Assembly (NCBI GenBank): GCA_965230895.1
Contig: OZ246394.1
Coordinates: 1,505,887-1,569,886, forward strand
Length of the DNA: 64,000 nt
From: an uncultured Gammaproteobacteria bacterium
GTDB lineage: Bacteria; Patescibacteriota; Microgenomatia; Levybacterales; UBA12049
Direction: 5' to 3'
The translations under genes were made by a program, and so were the position numbers. Numbering within the stretch: position 1 is the stretch's first letter; each line of letters opens with the position of its first letter. Below, in pieces: positions 49,802 to 57,863 of this stretch. The notes beneath the pieces are model-generated. The model was not told where the DNA came from, did not search any database, and was given only the letters and a program-made list of their open reading frames with translations.

Positions 49802-49829
49802 ATCGTTTGCTACATGCTAGAGCATTTTT

Positions 49830-50621
49830 ATGTACTCCTCTTACTGCATTTTTGCGACCTTGTTCATAAGATCAGTTGTGAAAATCAGTGTAGAAGAAGT
49901 TATACCCTTTGGGTATAATAGAGAAATGCCCTTAAGACAAATATACTTTATCGTTGGTTTCTTTTTTATAATTCAATTTGTCATATTTTCCTATTTAGTC
50001 CACGAGGATTTATTTACCACTTTTGACTTTAATACTACTGTACGATTACAGGACAAGATTGGTGATAATTGGACTAATGAATTCTCCTTTTTAAGTGACA
50101 TTGGGAAGTTTGAAGTGTCGACAATCGTATTACTCGCCATTTTTCTTTTGTCACGAAAGATTGTCGCGGGAATTGCAGCATTTGCCATGTATGTAAGCTT
50201 TCATTTCGTTGAGTTATTCGGGAAGTATTTCGTGAATCATCCACCCCCGCCTGAATTTATGCTACGAACTGAGCAAATTCTCAACCTCCCACAATTTCAT
50301 GTTAGGTCGGAGTTCTCTTATCCGTCTGGTCATTCCGGGAGAGCGGTTTTTATCTCAGTTATTTTGCTTACCTTGTTATGGCAAACGAAACGACTACCAT
50401 TACTTGCCAAACTTATCCTTTCAGGAGCAATTATCGGATTTGATATTGCAATGCTTGTTTCGCGAGTAACACTCGGGGAGCATTGGACGACTGATGTTAT
50501 TGGTGGAACACTTCTTGGAATTGGATTAGCATTCTTTGCAGGAATGTTTCTTGTCAGCGGAAAGAAAGGTAAATCATTTCTGCCAAAGTATAAACTTGAA
50601 TTGAAAAAAGTAGAGAATTAG
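49830..50621 (+). CDS. PAP2-family membrane phosphatase (BcrC/PgpB-like)
   Basis: PAP2 motifs 2 and 3 (SYPSGHS and SRVTLGEHWTTDVIGG). Multiple TM helices. Confidence 0.6.
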   Translation: MYSSYCIFATLFIRSVVKISVEEVIPFGYNREMPLRQIYFIVGFFFIIQFVIFSYLVHEDLFTTFDFNTTVRLQDKIGDNWTNEFSFLSDIGKFEVSTIVLLAIFLLSRKIVAGIAAFAMYVSFHFVELFGKYFVNHPPPPEFMLRTEQILNLPQFHVRSEFSYPSGHSGRAVFISVILLTLLWQTKRLPLLAKLILSGAIIGFDIAMLVSRVTLGEHWTTDVIGGTLLGIGLAFFAGMFLVSGKKGKSFLPKYKLELKKVEN

Positions 50622-51265
50622 TTCTCAAACTTGAAAGTTTTAAGAACTTCTTCGATTTGCTCTCGGTCGTCTGATCCGCTCGCAAAAATGACAAGTGCTC
50701 CTTTTGTTTCAACCATAGTTCCGAGTTCTGGTTCTTGATTATCAGGATTAGGATTTGGGACTGAAGTATAATCAATTGCCCTCAATCCATTCACTTCTCG
50801 ATTACGTACCTTTGTGAAAATCTCAGATCCGCTGTCTTGTCCAAATGGACTTTTAATAGATCGAGAGGATTTATCTGCCATTGCATGATAGGTCTCAAAA
50901 TCTTGTCCGATTGCTTTTGCAATGTTTTTTGGTACTGTTAAAATCTGTACATCTGGAGCATACGCTGGATCAGCATTATCTTCGCTTCGAAGCTCGACAG
51001 TATTTACCCCAAATCCATATGATGATTCTTTAATTTGTAACGTTTCAGGATAATTCAAAGAATATTTTTGATCTGTATTTTGATATGTTTTAAATCCGCT
51101 CGGAGCAGGTGGGACTGTTGGTTTTGCCGTTGTTGGAGTTTCTGTTGCCGGAGTTTTTATAACCGCAGTTTTAATGAAATAAACGATAAAGAATCCGATA
51201 ATTGCTATGACAACATAGAGCAATACAATAAGGGTAACTCCCAAATATTTCTTCTTTTTCGTCAT
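50618..51265 (-). CDS. Hypothetical N-terminally anchored extracytoplasmic protein
   Basis: TM helix, then a Thr/Pro-rich linker, then an about 150-aa domain. No recognisable motif. Confidence 0.4.
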   Translation of the reverse strand: MTKKKKYLGVTLIVLLYVVIAIIGFFIVYFIKTAVIKTPATETPTTAKPTVPPAPSGFKTYQNTDQKYSLNYPETLQIKESSYGFGVNTVELRSEDNADPAYAPDVQILTVPKNIAKAIGQDFETYHAMADKSSRSIKSPFGQDSGSEIFTKVRNREVNGLRAIDYTSVPNPNPDNQEPELGTMVETKGALVIFASGSDDREQIEEVLKTFKFEN

Positions 51266-51353
51266 GCCACTATTGTAGCAGAGAAAACGTCTTCTTTCAT
51301 TCTTCTTACCGCTCTGTCATACTTCTGCCGAATAACTCAGGTAGTATCGAACC

Positions 51354-51599
51354 ATGGATTTACAGAATACTTTCTATCTTCTCGGTATTGTCTATATGGT
51401 ATTGGGAATAATTATTCTTCTGGGAATAGTGGTTCTCCTTTTTTATATTAAAAAGAAGATTGGAGATTTGCATGATTTTGTGGAATTGCGTGTTGATCAA
51501 GTAACTAATCTCGGACTTAAACCCGTCAAAAAAGCCGCAGATATCGTTCGAGACATTCTTCCAACTCCTTCTAAGAAATCTTCTGCACGCAAAAGATAA
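51354..51599 (+). CDS. Small hypothetical membrane protein
   Basis: 81-aa ORF with one TM helix. Weak support. Confidence 0.3.
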   Translation: MDLQNTFYLLGIVYMVLGIIILLGIVVLLFYIKKKIGDLHDFVELRVDQVTNLGLKPVKKAADIVRDILPTPSKKSSARKR

Positions 51600-51647
51600 A
51601 ATTCTTTTTTTAGTAATCGTCCTTTATTAAAATTTTTATATCACCCA

Positions 51648-51692
51648 AAAAACGAGAATATATATTCATAAGTTATATCTTCTCGTTTTAGT
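51648..51692. terminator. Putative bidirectional terminator hairpin between convergent genes
   Basis: aaaacgagaatat...atcttctcgtttt imperfect inverted repeat in an AT-rich context with flanking T/A runs. Confidence 0.25.
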
Positions 51693-51699
51693 GGGTATT

Positions 51700-52056
51700 T
51701 TAGTTTTTTTCAGTCTTCTTTTGCAGATCCTGAACATCATGAGCCATTTGTTTGGTAGCTTGATCTGTTTGTTCAGACAACTGCGTCGCTTTCTGGCTTA
51801 ACTTTTCTGCTGTATCGATTGCTGTCTTCGAAAACTCTGTTAACTTGTCTCGAGTCCCTTTATCAGTTGCTGCAGCGCCTAGGATTCCTCCTACAGCCGC
51901 TCCGACAACAACTCCAGCAGCAGTTCCCATCATTTGTGTACCGCCTTTAGAACCTGTTTTATTGACAGTTTCTTTTACTTTCTTGGCAATATTCTGCGGT
52001 TGCATCTGCTTAGGCATTGTTTTGTTATTAGAAACATTAGTTTTACTTGCTGTCAT
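51700..52056 (-). CDS. Small protein with a Gly-zipper hydrophobic segment (YtxH/stress-protein-like)
   Basis: MMGTAAGVVVGAAVGGILGAAAT glycine-zipper followed by a coiled, charged C-terminus. Confidence 0.35.
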   Translation of the reverse strand: MTASKTNVSNNKTMPKQMQPQNIAKKVKETVNKTGSKGGTQMMGTAAGVVVGAAVGGILGAAATDKGTRDKLTEFSKTAIDTAEKLSQKATQLSEQTDQATKQMAHDVQDLQKKTEKN

Positions 52057-52148
52057 ATTTTCACCTCCTTTCTTTATTAATACTAGAGTAGTATTGTTAT
52101 GGTAAGTTGAGAGGTTTGTGTGTGAACGGTATGAATTGGAGGGAATTA

Positions 52149-53114
52149 TTAAATCTTAGTTACTTTTACTTCCTGCGTGACTCTTGTCTCTGGAGTAGTA
52201 TTGATCTCATATTCAACAGTTGTTGCATCTTTCCATCCCTTAACTAAGCCTCTTGCTGGCAATAACTCCATCCGTTCTGTAACTAAATCGATTGCAATCA
52301 TAAATGTTGCTGGATCAATGGGCCCGACATTAAATGTATTTCCATAACTTAGTGCAACTTTTCGTCCATCAGGTGATGGCATCATTTGGCTTATTGTTGC
52401 AGTTTTTTGTATCTGAAGAGCGGGAAGTGCACGCTTCATATCAGCAAGCGTAATGTCTTTAACAGCTTTCTTTTGAGGGATGGAGTATACTATGACATTC
52501 TGATAATCTGTTTTGCTTCCACCGGCATATATTACTTGAGAGAAATCCTTTGAGAAAAATGCTGAATCACCATATGCGGAATCGTATGTATATCCAATGA
52601 TCCTTACTTCTGTTGTCCGTGCGTTAATTATTTGCACTTCATTTAATAGATCCCAGTCTTCACGTTTAAATAACCGTATCCTAAGATCATTTTGTTTACC
52701 ATTTGCAATAAAGAATGGACCGGGAAGTGGTGTTGGAGTAGGTGTAACTTTTTTTGTAGGTAAAAGAGAATCTATATCAATGGTTGGCTCAGGAATATAA
52801 TCATATTGAGGCGTTACTTCGCCTCGAGGAGTAGGAGTTCTATATGGATTCGTTGTGACTATGCCTGCTCCTCCGGTGACTTGCGCATCGACTTCATTTG
52901 TTGGAATCGGAGTACCTTGTTCATTAACTACAACTGAGTTTTGTGGTGTAAGTATGCCATTCTTTTGTGCACCAGGAGCTAGAAAGCCTGCCACCAAAGC
53001 AGCAATAACTGCAACAGCCATGACACCCAAGGAAATGAAAATAATTTTCTTTTTATTTAATTTTTCAGCCGGATCAGCTGTCGGAAATTCAGGTTGAGGT
53101 GAGAATAATGCCAT
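52149..53114 (-). CDS. Hypothetical membrane-anchored extracytoplasmic protein
   Basis: N-terminal TM (IIFISLGVMAVAVIAALVAGFLA). Thr/Pro-rich. No known motif. Confidence 0.4.
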   Translation of the reverse strand: MALFSPQPEFPTADPAEKLNKKKIIFISLGVMAVAVIAALVAGFLAPGAQKNGILTPQNSVVVNEQGTPIPTNEVDAQVTGGAGIVTTNPYRTPTPRGEVTPQYDYIPEPTIDIDSLLPTKKVTPTPTPLPGPFFIANGKQNDLRIRLFKREDWDLLNEVQIINARTTEVRIIGYTYDSAYGDSAFFSKDFSQVIYAGGSKTDYQNVIVYSIPQKKAVKDITLADMKRALPALQIQKTATISQMMPSPDGRKVALSYGNTFNVGPIDPATFMIAIDLVTERMELLPARGLVKGWKDATTVEYEINTTPETRVTQEVKVTKI

Positions 53115-53199
53115 GTACTTTATAGTATTCCAATTATCGCAACATAATTCAAGTGAAATTCCTATTTACGACTCAAAAGCATTTCTGTAGAATGGGCTC

Positions 53200-53772
53200 A
53201 TGGCAGATCTTTTCATACCTATCTTACTTGGCACGGTCAGACAAAAGCGAGAATCTATTAAAGCTGCTCGACTTATTGAAAAAGTTGGTAAATCAATAGG
53301 AGGGATTGAAGTACAATTAGTCGATCCAAATGACTATCATTTCCCTTATGATGGGAATGATCCAGAAGGGAAAGATCCAAAATACTCTGCGTTGACTGCC
53401 CGAGCTGATGCTTTCTTTATTGTTACTCCTGAATATAATCATAGTTTTCCCGGGACATTAAAAAGGATGCTTGATAGTGAATTGCAAAATTACATCCATA
53501 AACCCGTGGCTTTTGCTGGTGTTTCTAATGGCATATTTGGAGGAGCCCGAGCTATAGAGTCTCTTGTAAATACTGTCCGTGAAATGGGAATGGTTGCAAC
53601 TTTTTCGGATGTCTATTTCCCTCAAGTACAAAACCTTTTTGATGAAAGAGGTGAAATCATTGATGATGGTTATATTCGTAGAATTGAACGAGGGTTCACA
53701 GAGCTTATCTGGATGGCAGAATCACTGAAGTGGGGCCGAGAAAACCTAGAAAGCCTTTACCATAAAAAATAG
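53200..53772 (+). CDS. NAD(P)H-dependent FMN reductase (flavodoxin-like fold)
   Basis: ADAFFIVTPEYNHSFPGTLKRMLD matches the FMN_red family. Confidence 0.75.
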   Translation: MADLFIPILLGTVRQKRESIKAARLIEKVGKSIGGIEVQLVDPNDYHFPYDGNDPEGKDPKYSALTARADAFFIVTPEYNHSFPGTLKRMLDSELQNYIHKPVAFAGVSNGIFGGARAIESLVNTVREMGMVATFSDVYFPQVQNLFDERGEIIDDGYIRRIERGFTELIWMAESLKWGRENLESLYHKK

Positions 53773-53773
53773 T

Positions 53774-54922
53774 TTATTTTATTGGGAGAGAGAATGAAAA
53801 AGTAGAGCCTTTCCCAAATGTACTTTTGACCCATATTTTCCCACCGTGTTGTTTTATAATTTCTGAAACGAGGTATAATCCAAGACCTAGTCCTTCAATT
53901 TGATTTTCGGCTTTTCCTTTAACTCTGAAGAATCGTTCAAATACTTTCTTCTGTTCCTCTTTGGAGATACCAAATCCAAAATCCTTTACATTAATGATTA
54001 TTTCTTTTGGTTTCTCGACAAGTTTAATTATTACCTTATTTGCGTTGGGCGAATATTTAATTGCATTGATTATAAGATTAATGAGCACCTCATGAATACG
54101 CTCTTTATCAGCCTGGATATCTCTTTTGATTTCACCCTTAATATGAAGGTCATGCGTTGTTGTCGTATATTGAAAGGCTTCTACTACTTCATGGACCAGT
54201 TTATTTATATTCACTTGCTGCTTATAAATCTCGATTTTTCCCGTTTGAGCTTTGTAAACATTTGCAAAAGAATTAAGTAGACCTGTCAGGCGTTCCATTT
54301 GATTTGCAACTTTTGCCAAAAGAAATTGAGATTTTTTATCACCTGTCTTTGCATGATATCCTTGCATGATTTGAATAAATGCTGTTACTGTTGTAATCGG
54401 TGTCTTCAGTTCGTGTGTTACATAGCCAATAAAGTCATCTTTTTGCTGTTCGATCAAACGTCTTTTCGTTATGTCCTCAATTTCAAGTAAAATAAATTCA
54501 GTAGCAAATTTGCCCAATAAAATCCTTTTTGCATTGAGCACGAGTGTTCTCGTCCCAATCTTTTCAAACGTATAAGAAACTTCTACTTCTTCAAAAGAAG
54601 TATTGTCATTCGATAATGCCTGCAGTTTTGCGACTAAACTTTTGACCTCATGATCTTGTGCTGCAACTTCAGCAAGATTCGCTCCTAGTGTTTGTTTTTT
54701 TGCTAATTTGAAGGATTTAAAAAAGGTTTTATTTGCAGATCTGATTGTCAGGGATTTATCGAGGATAAGAATCGGTTCATGTACAGCTTCAACAATTGCT
54801 TCGACGTAAGCGTACGGATCAATCTTATCAATACTGGGGGTTGGGGGAGCGTTTACAGACCCACGAAACAACAGGTTTTGCAACCCAACGAGTGATTTTC
54901 TCTTGAGCCTTGTACTCTTCAT
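53774..54922 (-). CDS. Cytoplasmic sensor histidine kinase (PAS-HisKA-HATPase_c)
   Basis: H-box HELKTPITTV. N/G boxes NLIINAIKYS...DFGFGIS...GLGLGLYLVSEIIKQHGG. N-terminal PAS-like region. No TM. Confidence 0.8.
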   Translation of the reverse strand: MKSTRLKRKSLVGLQNLLFRGSVNAPPTPSIDKIDPYAYVEAIVEAVHEPILILDKSLTIRSANKTFFKSFKLAKKQTLGANLAEVAAQDHEVKSLVAKLQALSNDNTSFEEVEVSYTFEKIGTRTLVLNAKRILLGKFATEFILLEIEDITKRRLIEQQKDDFIGYVTHELKTPITTVTAFIQIMQGYHAKTGDKKSQFLLAKVANQMERLTGLLNSFANVYKAQTGKIEIYKQQVNINKLVHEVVEAFQYTTTTHDLHIKGEIKRDIQADKERIHEVLINLIINAIKYSPNANKVIIKLVEKPKEIIINVKDFGFGISKEEQKKVFERFFRVKGKAENQIEGLGLGLYLVSEIIKQHGGKIWVKSTFGKGSTFSFSLPIK

Positions 54923-54981
54923 AATTCCCGCCTAAGAATTAATTCAGATATATCACAAACCATGCGTAAACACAATATCCA

Positions 54982-55770
54982 TTATGTTAAGAAAAATTGT
55001 AAGAGCTGTGGGTGATGCAGATGTATAAGTACTAAATAAAGTATAAGATCTGCTGTAAGATGGATGGCAATTACATATAAAAGTGACTCTGTCTTTTTGA
55101 AGACATATCCTTGTAATAATGCAAAGAAGAAAATAATAATAAATATCCATCCACGAAATCCTAATTCATAAAGAAACGCCGTAAACATTATGCTCTGGAT
55201 AAGGTTTGCAATAAGGAAGGAGAGATGCTTTCTCAGTATCCCCAAAACAGTGTTTACGAAGAATAATTCATCCCAAATCCCCAAAGCGTTTGTACCGAGA
55301 AATAGTATAAAAAGATTTATAGCACCAAGTTCCACAGTCCAATTGAGATAAGAACCCGTTTCACGTAGCATGAAAGGAAAGAGGAGATAGGCAATTATGA
55401 AAGTGAGGAATATGTAACCAATTTCTTTTTTAGTCCATTTTCTTCCATGATGCATCTTAAAGCGTACTAAATGATCTCTATACAAATATCTAGAAATCAC
55501 GTAGGGGATTGCTATTGCAAGCGTTAGAAGCCCACCCATTTGTAGCATATGCGTAATGCTGATATCGGTAGTTATTGGAGTTACTCCAAGCAACGCTAAA
55601 CTAATATAAACGAGAATTATATCTTTTCTTAAGCTCTTGTCACAAAAGAATAAAGCTACTACACCCGCAAGGAAAATATACCAGCCAAAAGGTTTCATTT
55701 GTAATGCAATAAGAAAGACTGCTGTGATAGGGAGGAGAAGTAACGTTACAACTTTAAAAAGCTTATTCAT
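54982..55770 (-). CDS. CPBP-family (CAAX/Abi) intramembrane metalloprotease
   Basis: YELGFRGWIF (EExxxR-FRG motif 1) and IAIHLTADL (motif 3). Multipass membrane. The start is moved to ATG at 55770 so that it no longer overlaps guaA. Confidence 0.55.
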   Translation of the reverse strand: MNKLFKVVTLLLLPITAVFLIALQMKPFGWYIFLAGVVALFFCDKSLRKDIILVYISLALLGVTPITTDISITHMLQMGGLLTLAIAIPYVISRYLYRDHLVRFKMHHGRKWTKKEIGYIFLTFIIAYLLFPFMLRETGSYLNWTVELGAINLFILFLGTNALGIWDELFFVNTVLGILRKHLSFLIANLIQSIMFTAFLYELGFRGWIFIIIFFFALLQGYVFKKTESLLYVIAIHLTADLILYLVLIHLHHPQLLQFFLT

Positions 55771-55771
55771 A

Positions 55772-57289
55772 TTATTCCCATTCCATTGTTGCTGGAGGCT
55801 TCGTGGTAATGTCATAAACAACACGAGATACATGCGGAACTTCATTGACAATTCTTGATGCAATTGTTTGCAATACGTTATATGGCACATCTGCAACACT
55901 AGAGGTCATCACATCAACAGATTCATATGCGCGAATGCCGACCACTTCCGCAAAGACTCTAGCATCGCCTTTTACTGCAGTGCTAAATGCCCCGGTCATA
56001 ATTGCAAAGCATTGGAAGACTCGGTTGTATATGTCAGCATTCATAAACTCTTCAAGGACAATTTCATCAGCTATTTTTACTTGATCTAATCGTTCTTTTG
56101 TAACTTCTCCACGAATCCTTACCGCGTATCCTGGACCAGGGAAAGGGTGAAGCATAATAACCTCCTCTGGAAGGCCTGCAAGTCTTCCAATTTCACGAAC
56201 TTCATCTTTATAGAAGTTCCTCACTGGTTCAAGCAATTTTAACTTCATATCTTTTGGTAAGCCACCGACATTGTGATGTGATTTAATATGCGATGCATGT
56301 TTCGAACCCTTTGATTCAATAACATCTGAATAGATAGTTCCTTGTCCAAGGAAAGCTGCTTCCGGGTGTTTCTCCGCAATGCCTTGAAAGAGATCGACAT
56401 ATAATTTACCGATAATTTTTCTCTTTTGTTCTGGATCTATAACACCTTTTAATGCTTGTAGAAACTGCTTTCTTGCATCGATAATAACCAGATCTGATTT
56501 AACAAGTTTTGAGAAAATATATTTGACGCGATCTTCAGTATCATTTCTCATCAAACCGCTTTCTACATACACAGGAATTAAATTTTTCCCAATAGCTTTT
56601 CCGATGAGAAAAGCAGCTACAGTCGAATCAACTCCACCTGAAACTGCGCAAATCACTTTTTGCGAGCCTACAGTTTCTTTTATCTCATTAATTAATTTTT
56701 GAGGATCCAATGAAAGGATTTCTAATGTTTCTTTACAGATCATGGCGAAGTTTCTTAAGACCTCTAAACCGTTTTCAGTATGATGAACTTCCGGATGAAA
56801 TTGAACGCCATATAACCTCTCTGCAGCATTCTCAACAGCGGTAAATTCGACAGTTTTTGTGGAGGCGGTAACAGTAAATCCTTTGGGCAAAGTGATAACT
56901 GAATCGCCATGGGAAACATATACTTGAAAAGGTTTTTTCGGAAGCTTATCGAGAACTCCAACTGAATGATTAATTTTTACTTTCTCCGGACCATATTCTT
57001 TTGTAGTATTTTTCACTTTTCCACCAAGAAGTTTTGCCATGATTTGCCATCCGTAACAGATGCCAAGGATTGGTATATTTTGGTCGAAAATGTCCTTCGA
57101 AATAGTTGGAGCATCCTTATCATACACAGATGAAGGACCTCCAGAAAGAATAATACCAGTAGGGTTGAGTTTGTGAGTTTGTTCTAGAGCATCTTCCGGA
57201 TGGACATATTCTACTTTTACGCCAATTTGTCGCAGACGCCTGCCGATAAGGTGTGCAGTTTGCGAACCAAAATCGACAATAAGGATCAT
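55772..57289 (-). CDS. guaA: GMP synthase (glutamine-hydrolysing)
   Basis: MILIVDFGSQ GATase start. SGGVDSTV PP-loop. Conserved C-terminal dimerisation domain. Confidence 0.95.
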   Translation of the reverse strand: MILIVDFGSQTAHLIGRRLRQIGVKVEYVHPEDALEQTHKLNPTGIILSGGPSSVYDKDAPTISKDIFDQNIPILGICYGWQIMAKLLGGKVKNTTKEYGPEKVKINHSVGVLDKLPKKPFQVYVSHGDSVITLPKGFTVTASTKTVEFTAVENAAERLYGVQFHPEVHHTENGLEVLRNFAMICKETLEILSLDPQKLINEIKETVGSQKVICAVSGGVDSTVAAFLIGKAIGKNLIPVYVESGLMRNDTEDRVKYIFSKLVKSDLVIIDARKQFLQALKGVIDPEQKRKIIGKLYVDLFQGIAEKHPEAAFLGQGTIYSDVIESKGSKHASHIKSHHNVGGLPKDMKLKLLEPVRNFYKDEVREIGRLAGLPEEVIMLHPFPGPGYAVRIRGEVTKERLDQVKIADEIVLEEFMNADIYNRVFQCFAIMTGAFSTAVKGDARVFAEVVGIRAYESVDVMTSSVADVPYNVLQTIASRIVNEVPHVSRVVYDITTKPPATMEWE

Positions 57290-57327
57290 GTACTTATTAT
57301 AGAGATTGTGCGTAATTCGTCAAGGAT

Positions 57328-57858
57328 CTAACGATACGGAAGGAGGACTCTATTAATGCCGTGTATAACACCATTTTGGGATTTTACATCTGGGTTTACT
57401 ATTTGTGCATCATTAACATACCATTTGTTATTTCGCTTCGTGATTTTAACTTGCTCAGAATTCACAGTCGTTAATATCATTCCGTCATTAAAGCTTGAGG
57501 TTGGATAATTTCCAAGTACCATGTGATTATTTGCCGTATGTACTTGCATAACATTATCTGTTTTATCGTTAAGGAGTTTCAAAACTTCAGGAGAGAGACT
57601 TTTATATGCTTCTTCTGTTGGCGCAAAAAGAGTAATCTGTGTCTCACTTTGCAATGCATTTTCCATTTTTGCGTCTTTAAGAATTCTCATAGAGGTTTCC
57701 TGATCTTTATCCGAAGAAAGATTTTGCAGCACGGTAGATTCATCAGTCTTTACACCAAACAACGGCTCACCACGCAAAAGAATACTTGCAATTCCGATTA
57801 CGAAAAGTCCTAATACAATCAATGGTAAAAATTTACTATTCATATATAAAGTATACAA
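57328..57858 (-). CDS. Fasciclin (FAS1) domain protein (fourth copy, downstream of the subtilisin)
   Basis: ITLFAPTEEAYKSL...MILTTVNSEQVKITK...NGVIHGINRVLLP. Confidence 0.7.
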   Translation of the reverse strand: MYTLYMNSKFLPLIVLGLFVIGIASILLRGEPLFGVKTDESTVLQNLSSDKDQETSMRILKDAKMENALQSETQITLFAPTEEAYKSLSPEVLKLLNDKTDNVMQVHTANNHMVLGNYPTSSFNDGMILTTVNSEQVKITKRNNKWYVNDAQIVNPDVKSQNGVIHGINRVLLPYR

Positions 57859-57863
57859 TCATT

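Noticed and set aside
55771-55899. N-terminal 43 aa of the CPBP protease ORF overlapping guaA
   Set aside because: It over-extends the ORF. The internal ATG at 55770 gives an overlap-free start directly after the guaA stop.
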